Positions 9,520 to 18,698 of a stretch of 64,000 bases of DNA are shown here, in pieces. Positions within the stretch are counted from its first letter, which is position 1, and each line of letters opens with the position of its first letter. Below the pieces are notes generated by a model. That model had not been told where the DNA came from, did not search any database, and saw only the letters and a program-made list of their open reading frames with translations. A program made the position numbers and the translations under genes. This DNA comes from an uncultured delta proteobacterium (GTDB lineage Bacteria > Myxococcota_A > Polyangia > Polyangiales > Polyangiaceae). The stretch covers positions 160,001-224,000 of the forward strand of contig CAVQUB010000020.1 of assembly GCA_963716725.1 (NCBI GenBank), read 5' to 3'.

Positions 9520-10698
9520 ATGCGCCTCGCCCCCCTGCTCGCGTTCAGCGGTCTTGCCGGCTTCATCGCCTGCGCCACCGTGCCTCCGACGGACCCCGAA
9601 ACGGGGGGCTCGGGCCTGGTCGGACCCGGCGCACCTACACCGGCGCCGGACGCCAGTGTGACGTCACAAGAGGACGGAAGTGTTACGCCGAACCCGGCAG
9701 CCGTTACGGACGCCGGGGGCGGCGATGCCGCGCCGAGTCAGGCCGCCGACGAGGGAGCGTGCCCGGCGGGCATGAAGCTCGTCAGCGGCGAGTACTGCAC
9801 CGACGTCGACTACAAGTGCGAGAAATCTTGGTACGCCAAGTGGAACAAGAAGACCGTCTGCGAGCGCTTCGAAGAAAAGAGCGTGTGCGCGGGGCAGAAG
9901 CTCAAGAAGCGGTACTGCGTCGACACCTACGAATGGCCCAATGTGAAGGGCGAGCGACCCGAGGTCATGAACCGCTTCCACCAGGCCCAGCTCAAGTGCG
10001 CCGCGGTGGGCAAGCGGATGTGCACCGAGAGCGAGTGGAACATGGCCTGCGAGGGGCCTGCGATGAAGCCCTATCCCCAGGGCTACGCCCGGGACTCTTC
10101 GCAGTGCAACGGCGACCACAGGTGGGACAACCCCGACATGAAGAAGGTCGCCCAGCGCGACCCGACGGAGCTGGCCCGACTCTGGAAAGGCGTCCCGAGC
10201 GGCAGTCAGCCGAACTGCGTCAGTGACTACGGCGTCGCGGACATGCCCGGCAATACCGACGAGGTGGTCGCCAGCGAGCACCACACGCAGCACGACTTCC
10301 GCGGCAAGTACGACAGCGTGCACACCGGTGGTCCCTGGTACGAAGGGGTGCGCAACCAGTGTCGCCCCAAGGTCTACACGCACGACGAGGGCTTCTACTA
10401 TTACTTCCTCAGCTTCCGTTGTTGTGCCGAGGCCGACGGCAAGCCGACGGATCCGCGCACACCGAAGCAGATCAAGGAGAAGTGGTCCGTCGAGAAGGTG
10501 GAGAAGCTCGCGGGCTGGACCGTCGCGGAGGTGAAGGAAAAGCTCGAGCTGAAGAAGCAGGGCAAGTGCACCTGCGGGGCCAAAGACGCCAACTGCAAAA
10601 CGCTGTGCGGAACCCTGCTCGGGTCCAATGCCAAGGACTCCGTGGTGGGCGAGAAGCGTGGCGAGTTCGGCAGCAAGAGCAAGGACAAGCAGAAGTGA
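9520..10698 (+). CDS. SUMF1/FGE-sulfatase domain lipoprotein
   Basis: Lipobox FIAC; YCVDTYEWPN, GKRMCTESEW, DMPGNTDEV and SFRCC motifs. Confidence 0.8.
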   Translation: MRLAPLLAFSGLAGFIACATVPPTDPETGGSGLVGPGAPTPAPDASVTSQEDGSVTPNPAAVTDAGGGDAAPSQAADEGACPAGMKLVSGEYCTDVDYKCEKSWYAKWNKKTVCERFEEKSVCAGQKLKKRYCVDTYEWPNVKGERPEVMNRFHQAQLKCAAVGKRMCTESEWNMACEGPAMKPYPQGYARDSSQCNGDHRWDNPDMKKVAQRDPTELARLWKGVPSGSQPNCVSDYGVADMPGNTDEVVASEHHTQHDFRGKYDSVHTGGPWYEGVRNQCRPKVYTHDEGFYYYFLSFRCCAEADGKPTDPRTPKQIKEKWSVEKVEKLAGWTVAEVKEKLELKKQGKCTCGAKDANCKTLCGTLLGSNAKDSVVGEKRGEFGSKSKDKQK

Positions 10699-11231
10699 AG
10701 GCAGTCCCGCGCGGCCGCTGGGAAGGGCCGCTTCACGTCGCGGTCCTGACCACGGGCGGGACCATCGAGAAGACCTACGACGAGACCGACGGGAGTCTGC
10801 GCAACGTGCGCTCGGTGCTGGCCCGGCTGCTCGACGAACTCAGGCTGCCGGACCTCCGAGTCACCCACATACCGGTGATGAACAAAGACTCGCTGGACAT
10901 GACCCCGGCGGACCGAGCTGAAATCCTGGCCAAGGTGCGCGACGCTTCGTCGCAGCAGGATGCCGTGGTGGTGATCCACGGCACCGACACGCTGGCGGTG
11001 ACGGGCGCGCACCTCTACGACAACCTGTCCGAGCTCCCGGTTCCAGTGGTGCTGACCGGCGCGATGCGGCCCTTCGAGTTCAGGGACTCGGACGCACTGC
11101 AGAACGTCACCGAGTCGCTCTTGGCCGCTCGGCTCTTGCCGCCGGGTGTGTACGTGGTGATGCACGGCCGCGCGCTCGCGTTCCCGGGCGTCGAAAAGCA
11201 TCGCGAGCGACGCACCTTCACCCGCGCGTGA
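10695..11231 (+). CDS. Short single-domain L-asparaginase
   Basis: GTG overlaps the upstream stop (GTGA); TTGGTI, HGTDT and LTGAM motifs; 178 aa. Confidence 0.85.
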   Translation: MKAVPRGRWEGPLHVAVLTTGGTIEKTYDETDGSLRNVRSVLARLLDELRLPDLRVTHIPVMNKDSLDMTPADRAEILAKVRDASSQQDAVVVIHGTDTLAVTGAHLYDNLSELPVPVVLTGAMRPFEFRDSDALQNVTESLLAARLLPPGVYVVMHGRALAFPGVEKHRERRTFTRA

Positions 11232-11234
11232 GCG

Positions 11235-13205
11235 TCACTCGGCGGTCTCGGGCGCAGGCGCAGGCGGCACCGCAGGGCTGGGCGGAGCTGCAGACTTGCC
11301 GGCGCTCGGCGGGCCCGTCTCACCTTCAGGGTCTGCAGAGGGCGGCGACTTCGCGACGACTCCCTTGGCGTTCAGGGCGGGCGCAAGGCGTACGGTCACC
11401 GTCTGTTTGTCGCTGTCGAGTGTCACTTTTCGCGACCAGTATCCATCGCGCTTGACCTCGGCCTCGACGGTCTTGCCCTTCTTCACGCGGACTTCCACGG
11501 GCATGGCTCCGAGATCGCGCCCATCGACGTAGACATGCGCGTCGATGGGCGAGAGCACGAGCGCGACGCCGACGTCGTCGGTAGCGGAGGACTCTCGCGG
11601 CTCGATGTGGGTCCCGAAGAGCAACAAACGGGCGGGTTGGAAGGCTTCACCGAGGGTCGCGACCCGCATCGAGAGCGCGAGCCAGACCGTTGCCGCGATG
11701 GCACCGACGAGCGCGAGGCCGAGCACCAATGTCCAGCTCCGGCGTCGGCCCGATTGAGCCCAATCACGCTCGGCGTCGGCAGCCTCGGCGGCACGACGCA
11801 GTTGTTCTTCCACCGGGTCGACCGAGCTCGGCACGGGCGCCACGGACATGCGTCCTGCGTCCGGGATCGAGGCCCGCACCTCGCCAGGAAACGAGTAGCG
11901 CGCGGGGTCGGAGCTGGGGGCTCGCGCGGAGCTGGGACCCGAGCCGAGCGAATCTGGACTCAGCGAAGGCGCGTTGGGGGCCTGGGGAACGAGCAGGGCC
12001 GCGGGCTCCTCGGGCTCCGGGGGTGCAACGCTGATGGGCACGTCGATGTCGACGGCTTCGCCGCGCGCGATGGCCGCCAGCGCCAGCTCGACGTCGCGCA
12101 TCGAAGCGAAGCGCTCCTCCGGTCGCTTCGCCAAGCACTTGAGCACCAGGTTTTCGAAACCCGGGGGCACCTCGAGGGAGGGCGCGGCATCGGAGAAACT
12201 CCGCGGCAACTCGTTCAGGTGCATCGAGAGGATGGTGAGGGGGTTCTCGGCATCGAAGGGCACGCGCCCCACGGACATTTCGTACAAAATGACGCCGAGC
12301 GAGTAGATGTCGGTGCGGTGGTCCACCGGACTGCCGCGACATTGCTCGGGCGACATGTAGTGGGGCGTTCCGAACACGGCACCCGCGCGCGTGAGTTTGT
12401 TGTCGATGCCAATGACTTTTGCGATGCCAAAATCGAGGATCTTGATGAAGTCGGCGCCGCTCTTCTCGATGATGAATACGTTGTCGGGCTTGAGATCGCG
12501 GTGAATGATCTGCGCAGCGTGGGCAGCCGCTAGACCCTCGGCGAGCTGGGCTCCGAGCGCCACGACCGCCGCGACGTCGACGCGACCTCTCGAGATGCGA
12601 GCACCCAGGGTCTCACCCTCCAGATACTCCATCGCAAAATAGGTCGATCCGTCCGGAACCTCTCCAAAGTCGAAGACATCGACGATGTGGTCGTTTCCGA
12701 TGCCCGAAGCCGCCCGGGCCTCGGTCACGAAGCGGTCGAGTACTTCGCTGTTCTTTGCCAGATCGGCGCGCAATATCTTGAGCGCGGCAGGACGATCGAA
12801 GACCTTTCGCTGCGCTTTGTAGACGACACCCATGCCGCCCTCGCCGAGCATCGACTCGACGATGTACCGCCCGTCGATAGTGGTGCCGATGTACTTGTCG
12901 GGCTCACGCAGCGACTGCGGAGCTCCCTGGAGCTCGACACCGCTGGCGGGGGGAACCTCAGCCCTCAGGCGCTCGTGGGTGACCGACGGCCCGAGCGCAG
13001 GGGCGAGCAGCGTCTCTTGCTCTCGTGCAAAGGCTGCGGAAGCCGCGGCGCGGGGAGGCGGCGGCGCCCCCGCGGCGGGCCGGGGCGGTGGGAGCACGCG
13101 AGGAGGCGCGGCAGCCGTGCGGCTCGGCGCTGGCGGGGCGGCAGCGTCGCCACGACGCGGCGGCGGCGGCGGTCCTGGGCGTGGAGGGGGCTGCTTGCCG
13201 GCCAT
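11235..13205 (-). CDS. Membrane Ser/Thr protein kinase with C-terminal PEGA-like domain
   Basis: [18 protein letters not shown] and GTPHYMSPE; one TM helix; [14 protein letters not shown]. Confidence 0.9.
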   Translation of the reverse strand: MAGKQPPPRPGPPPPPRRGDAAAPPAPSRTAAAPPRVLPPPRPAAGAPPPPRAAASAAFAREQETLLAPALGPSVTHERLRAEVPPASGVELQGAPQSLREPDKYIGTTIDGRYIVESMLGEGGMGVVYKAQRKVFDRPAALKILRADLAKNSEVLDRFVTEARAASGIGNDHIVDVFDFGEVPDGSTYFAMEYLEGETLGARISRGRVDVAAVVALGAQLAEGLAAAHAAQIIHRDLKPDNVFIIEKSGADFIKILDFGIAKVIGIDNKLTRAGAVFGTPHYMSPEQCRGSPVDHRTDIYSLGVILYEMSVGRVPFDAENPLTILSMHLNELPRSFSDAAPSLEVPPGFENLVLKCLAKRPEERFASMRDVELALAAIARGEAVDIDVPISVAPPEPEEPAALLVPQAPNAPSLSPDSLGSGPSSARAPSSDPARYSFPGEVRASIPDAGRMSVAPVPSSVDPVEEQLRRAAEAADAERDWAQSGRRRSWTLVLGLALVGAIAATVWLALSMRVATLGEAFQPARLLLFGTHIEPRESSATDDVGVALVLSPIDAHVYVDGRDLGAMPVEVRVKKGKTVEAEVKRDGYWSRKVTLDSDKQTVTVRLAPALNAKGVVAKSPPSADPEGETGPPSAGKSAAPPSPAVPPAPAPETAE

Positions 13206-13329
13206 CGCTCGGTTCGGGCAGAGGGAGCTTCGTAGCTTACCACCTCGACCCCCGAGAGCGCCATCGGCAGGTCCGGGCCACCCGCCCCGGGACAAAGCGC
13301 AGGGAATCGCTCCCCCGGGCGCGCCCCGC

Positions 13330-13851
13330 TCAGGGACAGAAGTCCGGGTCGATCAGCTCGCGGAGGGACAACATGTCCCCGAGCGCTTCGAGCCGACCGA
13401 GGGCGGCCAGCTCGAGCTGCCGGATGCGCTCGCGAGTCAGGTTCAGAATGCCGCCAACGTCTTCGAGCGTGGTTGCGCCTTCACCGGCGACGTCGAGGGC
13501 GCACGAGATCGGCATGTCCCAAACCTCGAGGTCCGGAAAGTTCAGCTTGATAGCGCCGGTGCGCGGCGAGACGTCCAGGTACAGGTGATGACGGCACGAC
13601 ACGTGCGGGCACGGGCGAGGCCCCTCCGCGCAGTCACCACGGGTCTTCGGCCGCAGCTGCTCGACGCTAGCGCGCATCTCGCGGGTCAACGGGGAGTCCG
13701 ACCGCGAGAGCCGCTTCACGCTGAGGGTGCGAGCACGCACCGGGCGTTTGCGGCGCGAGCGGCGACGGTCTCGGGTCTCGCGACCCAACTCGAAGGAGCC
13801 CGGCGCCGCGATGGAATACAGATGGCTCGGGTTCTCGTTGAAGTTCCCCAC
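13330..13851 (-). CDS. Small sigma-70 region-4 HTH protein with Cys/His cluster
   Basis: [20 protein letters not shown] at the C-terminus; [16 protein letters not shown] and SCALD upstream. Confidence 0.8.
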   Translation of the reverse strand: MGNFNENPSHLYSIAAPGSFELGRETRDRRRSRRKRPVRARTLSVKRLSRSDSPLTREMRASVEQLRPKTRGDCAEGPRPCPHVSCRHHLYLDVSPRTGAIKLNFPDLEVWDMPISCALDVAGEGATTLEDVGGILNLTRERIRQLELAALGRLEALGDMLSLRELIDPDFCP

Positions 13852-13994
13852 GACGGCTCCTCCCCAGTCGTGGTCTTGAATGCCCGAACGGAGCGCGAAT
13901 GGAAATAGGGGATCGCACTCGGGGGTCAGAATGGAAGGAGAACGTGGGACATGGATGACATGGACCTACACAGCCGAGTCTCGGCGCGGATCGC

Positions 13995-14756
13995 TCACTC
14001 GATGCGTTCCAGGGCGGCGGGCGGCGTCTCGCGCTCGTCAAGGAGCGAGCGTACGAAGAGCGGCGAGTCAGCGCACAAAACCGACTGCCAACGGCGGGTC
14101 GGATTTGTGACGACGCGCGGCGTGCCGCGCCCGCGAACACGGCGCGCCCCGCGCGGAAAGGGCACGCCGTCGAGCACGAGCCCGGCCGTCAGGGCGAAAT
14201 CGGCGTCGTGCGCTTCGTCGTGTTCGTGCAGGGCGACCTCTGCCCCAGGCGCGAAGTTGAGGCGTGCGATGCTGGCCTCGCGGCAATCGAGGATGACGTC
14301 GACGCTGCCGTATCGGGTCAGCTGCCGCGGAATCACCGCCCAGCTCGCGTCACGCTCGATGCTGAGCGAAGCCACCGCGCCGCCCGGCAGCGCCTGCGGC
14401 TTGACGAGCCGAACGCGTACGGCATGCACGCGAGCCTGGCGCTCCGACGGAAGCGGCTCGGAGAGCAGGTAGCGCGCCAGCGCATGCGCCGCGGTCTCGA
14501 GCAGCCCGAAGCGACAGGTCTGCAGCAAGAATATCAAGCACTGCGCCGTCGCATCGTAGTCCACTGCCTTCGAGAGCTTGCCGGTGGACGCTGCGGGTTC
14601 GGTGTCCACCGTGAGGTCGATGTCGATGCCGAGCGGCTGAGGGCGTCCGCGTTCGCGCGGATACACACCGACCACGCACTCGGTCTGGAGGCCATGAATC
14701 GAGAGGACGTCGCGTGGGGGCACCGGTAGTGCCAGGTTTGTCACGGGCGCGGTCAC
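13995..14756 (-). CDS. folB: Dihydroneopterin aldolase fused to a cupin-like domain
   Basis: VGVYPRER, QPLGIDIDL, VDY, LLETAA and KPQA motifs; C-terminal PGAEVALHEH. Confidence 0.8.
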   Translation of the reverse strand: MTAPVTNLALPVPPRDVLSIHGLQTECVVGVYPRERGRPQPLGIDIDLTVDTEPAASTGKLSKAVDYDATAQCLIFLLQTCRFGLLETAAHALARYLLSEPLPSERQARVHAVRVRLVKPQALPGGAVASLSIERDASWAVIPRQLTRYGSVDVILDCREASIARLNFAPGAEVALHEHDEAHDADFALTAGLVLDGVPFPRGARRVRGRGTPRVVTNPTRRWQSVLCADSPLFVRSLLDERETPPAALERIE

Positions 14757-14902
14757 GACGGAAGGGGCCCCTGCGCTCGGCGCTGCGGTCGTTCACAGCC
14801 CCCCGCCCAGGCGGGCGAGGCGCCCCTCCGGGCCGCGCCCAGTTCCGGCCCGATCGGCCCGGGATTTGATCTCCGCGAGCGGCGCGATAAGGTGAGGTGA
14901 AC

Positions 14903-15757
14903 ATGGGCATTGGCGACGTGCGGGCCGTGACCCGAGTTCGGCTCCGGCACCGGGGGCAAGAGCTACTCCTGACGGAGGGCAGCTACCTGCTCGGTCGCGA
15001 CGCCTCCTGTCACATCCTGCTGGACGACGCGAAGGTCTCGAGACGCCACGCGCGGATAAACGTCCGGGGTGAGCAGGTCAGCATCGACGACCTGGGCAGC
15101 ATGAACGGGCTTTACGTGAACGGGGTGCGACTCACGGGGTCGCAGCCCTTGTTCGACGGCGATTGGCTGACGGCGGGCGCCGAGGAGCTCGAAATGGTGA
15201 TTGGAGACGGCGTTGCGCGACGCTCCGCCACCGCGACCCAGGACGAGTTCAGCCCCGTGCCCTCCAGCAGCGCGGCCGAAACGACGAGGCGCATCTCGGA
15301 GCCACCGGACAACGCGGAGACCACTCAGAAGAGCCGCGCATTGGAAATCTTGGCGAGCATCGCGGATCGGGCTCTCGAAATGGGTCGGATCGAGGACGCG
15401 GAGGATCTGCTCAAGACCACCTTGCTCGACATGGCCCAAGAGTCGAGCCTTGGGCACGAGCTCGAGGCAGAGTCCCTGGAGTTCACCGTGCGCTACGCGC
15501 TGCGACTGGCGCACGCAAACGGCAGCGGCCGCTGGTTCGACTTCACGGTCGATCTGCTGAGGGGACAGCGCGCGCCATGCACCGCCAGCGTCGCGTCGGA
15601 TCTCCGAGCGACCATGAAGCGGGTGACCGCCGTCGACGTCGGTCGGCTCAGCGCGTATTCGAGAACTCTCCGCGAGTCCGGCAACGTCACCGCGGCTCAG
15701 TCCGCGACGGTGGTCGACGAGCTGATCCAAGAGGCTTCCCGAAAGCGGGGCGCGTGA
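14903..15757 (+). CDS. FHA domain protein
   Basis: LGRD, VSRRHA and DLGSMNGLYVNG motifs. Confidence 0.88.
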   Translation: MGIGDVRAVTRVRLRHRGQELLLTEGSYLLGRDASCHILLDDAKVSRRHARINVRGEQVSIDDLGSMNGLYVNGVRLTGSQPLFDGDWLTAGAEELEMVIGDGVARRSATATQDEFSPVPSSSAAETTRRISEPPDNAETTQKSRALEILASIADRALEMGRIEDAEDLLKTTLLDMAQESSLGHELEAESLEFTVRYALRLAHANGSGRWFDFTVDLLRGQRAPCTASVASDLRATMKRVTAVDVGRLSAYSRTLRESGNVTAAQSATVVDELIQEASRKRGA

Positions 15758-16698
15758 TGTCCCGACGCCGCTACCTCTCGCCACTGTTGGCCGGCGGGCT
15801 GCTCGGCCTCGCCGTCGCCTGCGCCGCCGAGCCGTCGGACGACACGACGACGTCGTGCTCAGCCGGCGAGCCCATTGAGTGTCCGTCGCCCGAGGGGAAG
15901 ATCTTGGGTTGCTGTCCCGAGTCTCACCCGGTGTGCGCCACCGACGGGAAGGAGTGCTACGAGTGGGGCTCCGTCGGCGGCGGTGGCGGCGCGCCCGGCG
16001 GTGGCGGCGCGCCCGGCGGTGGCGGCGCGCCCGGCGGTGGCGGCGCGCCCAGCGGTGGCGGCGCGCCCGGCGGCGGCGGCGCGCCCGGCGGTGGCGGCGC
16101 GCCCAGCGGTGGCGGCGCGCCCGGCGGTGGCGGCGCGCCCGGCGGTGGCGGCGCGCCCGGCGGTGGCGGCGCGCCCGGTGGTGGCGGCGCGCCCGGCGGT
16201 GGCGGCGCGCCCGGCGGCGGGACCGGCGGGACCGGCGGGACGGGCACCGGCGGCACGGGCACCGGCGGGACCAGCTGCGTAGACGTGGGGTTCGAGCCCA
16301 ACGAAAACGAGAGTGGCGCAACCAATCTCGGGACCATCAACGACTGCGACGGATCGGGCTCGACGGCGTCGGGCAAGCTCAATGGGGCGAGCGACGTCGA
16401 TTACTACTCGTTCTTCGGCAACGACACGGCGGGGTGCGTCGTGGGCCCGGTCGCATCGACCACGGCCAAGGTCCGGCTTTGTCTGTTCGCGGATTGCGCG
16501 GGCGCGAAGGTGAGCTGCTCCTCCGGCACGCCCAATACTTCCCCCGGCGGTCGGCCGGGTTGCTGCGTCACCGCGGGTGGCAAAGTCGATATGTCGCTCG
16601 ACTGCACGGGCTGGACCGACAGCGCAACGATCTACATGCGGGTCGATCAGGGCGCAGCGAACGTGTGCACGAGCTACTCGGTCGACTACCATTACTAG
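15757..16698 (+). CDS. Lipoprotein with (GGGGAP)13 linker and Cys-rich C-terminal domain
   Basis: ATG overlaps the upstream TGA; lipobox AVAC; FEPNE..DVDYYSF. Confidence 0.8.
   Translation: MSRRRYLSPLLAGGLLGLAVACAAEPSDDTTTSCSAGEPIECPSPEGKILGCCPESHPVCATDGKECYEWGSVGGGGGAPGGGGAPGGGGAPGGGGAPSGGGAPGGGGAPGGGGAPSGGGAPGGGGAPGGGGAPGGGGAPGGGGAPGGGGAPGGGTGGTGGTGTGGTGTGGTSCVDVGFEPNENESGATNLGTINDCDGSGSTASGKLNGASDVDYYSFFGNDTAGCVVGPVASTTAKVRLCLFADCAGAKVSCSSGTPNTSPGGRPGCCVTAGGKVDMSLDCTGWTDSATIYMRVDQGAANVCTSYSVDYHY
15979..16212 (+). repeat. Coding tandem repeat, 13 x 18 bp (consensus GGCGGTGGCGGCGCGCCC)
   Basis: Directly visible; encodes GGGGAP/SGGGAP. Confidence 0.95.
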
Positions 16699-16876
16699 GA
16701 CCAATGTCCTGACAATCGCCAGAGGGGCGAGCGGTCAGCGCGAGGAGGTTGACCGCTTGGGGGGCCCACCCCCGTCCGCTGGTCATCGCGCGCATTTGTA
16801 GTGCGACTTCGCGCGCGGAGCCGGCTCCTCATTTGCGGGCAGCCTGCTCTGGGCTCCGCTACTCTCGATGACGACC

Positions 16877-17683
16877 ATGACGGCTCGACCTTCGTCTTGG
16901 CGCACTCCGCTGCGGCTGTCGCTCGCGCTCGCGCTCACTGTCCTTGCGACGGGCTGCATTCTCTTGGTGGATTCGGCCGACGACAGCCTGGGGACGACTT
17001 GCCATTTTCAGGGCGAGTTGACGCAGTGTGGGCAGTGCGTCGCCAAGAGCTGTCAGGCGCAGGTGAACGCCTGCTGCGGCGCAGGCGCCGCCTGCATGGG
17101 GGAAGTGGACGCCTGCGCGAGCGGCAACTGCGCCGCGGTCTCGGTCGGAACTGCGGACTGGAAGAGCTGCGCCGCGGCTCAGTGCGCGTCGCCCTGCGGC
17201 ATCGCCAGCTCGAGCGACGCGGGGGACGGGGGCGGCGGCGAAGCCGGCTCGAGCGATGGCGGCTCGGATGCTCCCATCGAGTCGGCGGGCCCGACCAAGA
17301 CCGCTTGCCAGGTCACCGCCAGCCAATGTTTGTGCAAGCTCGACGCTCCGCCCAACGGCGTCGTCTGCGACTCCTCCGCTGTCATCAACGCACACTGCTG
17401 CGCCGATCTAGCCTGGCCAAGCTCGGGCAGCTGCACCTGCGAGACGATGTCCTGCGAGCTCAACTCGTATGGCTGCGAATGCGGCCTGGTGCAATCCGGC
17501 CCGCGCTTCGACTGCAAGCCGAACGCTTCGCAGCCCAACTGTTGCGCGCCCCACGACACTGGTTCGTGCTTGTGCAACAACAAGATCTGCGAGTCTTGGT
17601 TCGGCGCTCCGGTTCCCGAGTGCACGGCCGCCACTACGCCCTGCCCGACTGGCAAGAAGGCCGTTCAGGGCTGCTCGTTCTAG
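16877..17683 (+). CDS. Cys-rich secreted protein or lipoprotein
   Basis: Signal LALTVLATGC; two Cys-rich blocks joined by a Gly/Ser/Asp linker. Start may be 16868 instead. Confidence 0.75.
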   Translation: MTARPSSWRTPLRLSLALALTVLATGCILLVDSADDSLGTTCHFQGELTQCGQCVAKSCQAQVNACCGAGAACMGEVDACASGNCAAVSVGTADWKSCAAAQCASPCGIASSSDAGDGGGGEAGSSDGGSDAPIESAGPTKTACQVTASQCLCKLDAPPNGVVCDSSAVINAHCCADLAWPSSGSCTCETMSCELNSYGCECGLVQSGPRFDCKPNASQPNCCAPHDTGSCLCNNKICESWFGAPVPECTAATTPCPTGKKAVQGCSF

Positions 17684-17692
17684 GTTGCGCTC

Positions 17693-17720
17693 AAGAGCCG
17701 TCGAAAGTTCGACAGCTCTT
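17693..17720 (+). terminator. Hairpin downstream of 16877..17683, possible terminator
   Basis: AAGAGCcGTCGAA-ag-TTCGACaGCTCTT followed by TCACTTTG. Confidence 0.45.
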
Positions 17721-17733
17721 TCACTTTGTGATC

Positions 17734-17788
17734 GGGGAGGCACGCGCCTCCCCGCCCCAACGAAGTGAATTCGTTGGGACCTCACCCC
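17734..17788. repeat. REP/MITE-like double-hairpin element
   Basis: GGGGAGGC-acgc-GCCTCCCC (17734-17753) and CCCAACGAA-gtgaa-TTCGTTGGG (17756-17778). Confidence 0.5.
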
Positions 17789-17799
17789 AACGCGGGAAG

Positions 17800-17941
17800 A
17801 CGTGGGCGTGAGCCCGAAGTAGTCGAAGTCGACGTTGCCCGTCGGGGTCGTGAGCAGATCGAGCTTGCCGGCGGAGTCGTAGGTCCTGCCCACCAGCAAG
17901 CCATCCGGTCGCGTCGTCTGGGTGAGCTGCTTGTCCACGTT
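17800..17941 (-). pseudogene. Rhs/YD-repeat fragment
   Basis: NVDKQLTQTTRPDGLLVGRTYDSAGKLDLLTTPTGNVDFDY shows the YD-repeat pattern; no native start or end. Confidence 0.7.
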
Positions 17942-17951
17942 GCTTTGTTGC

Positions 17952-18643
17952 GCCGAGTAGGGACCCCCGGTTGCCCGGCGGTTGCCCGGGGGCCCCTCTC
18001 ACAGAACCGGACTTATGGGCCTCACATCCGGCTCTTCGGGACGATGGCGTTGGCGACGGCCGTGTTCTTCACGAGACCTCGTGGCTCGCGAAGCTTGGGG
18101 CGGGTCCTCTTCCATCATCAGCTTACGCCTCAGCTCATCTTCCCTGCCGCACGGGAAGCCGATGTCCCAAATGCGCTCGTGGTTGCCACGCCAGTGAGCG
18201 TGAAGCGCAAAGCGGCCGCGTCGCTCGAAGTACTCGTTGTTGAGCCCCCGAGAAACGGCGCGGACCTTGCTGAGCGCCCACCAGCTCCGTCTTCGTGCAT
18301 GTACATCGACGTGCACGAGTGGAGCCGGCACTCCCATTTGCTTCAATCGGTTCACGATGTGCCGCTTGCGCTTCCACTGCTTCAGCAGAAGAGCGCGCAG
18401 GCGACGGCGGAGATGACCGTCGACACGGTCCATTCGAGGGTGATGCTTCCCGTCGCAGATCGCGAAGTCGCGAAGTAGCCGAGCCAACCGCGGAGATAGA
18501 CGTTCACGCGCTGGATGTACTCGTCGAACGACTGCCCCCGGTTGCGCGGCGTAAGCTCCTTCAGCCGTTGCCGGAGGCGCTCCCAGGACGACTCCGCCAC
18601 CAGGACGCGGACTGGCCCAGACTTCAGCCGATGTAGCGTCAGT
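17952..18643 (-). mobile_element. 5'-truncated group II intron: maturase X-domain fragment plus RNA domains V and VI
   Basis: RLKELTPRNRG, VNVYLRGWLGYF, LRRRLRALLLKQWK; DV GAGCCGGATGTGAGGCCCATAAGTCCGGTTC (18034-18004); DVI ends CTACTCGGC; no RT domain. Confidence 0.85.
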
Positions 18644-18698
18644 CGGCGCGATGGACATCCGCAGAGCGGAACGCTATCGTCTGCGGAGGGGGCGGGCC

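Noticed and set aside
15979..16212. CRISPR array
   Set aside because: Contiguous in-frame repeats without spacers, and no cas genes.
6245..18643. Diversity-generating retroelement (C-type-lectin-fold genes plus an RT-related fragment)
   Set aside because: No TR/VR pair with adenine-specific mismatches was seen. The fragment has DV/DVI and no RT domain, so it is a group II intron remnant.
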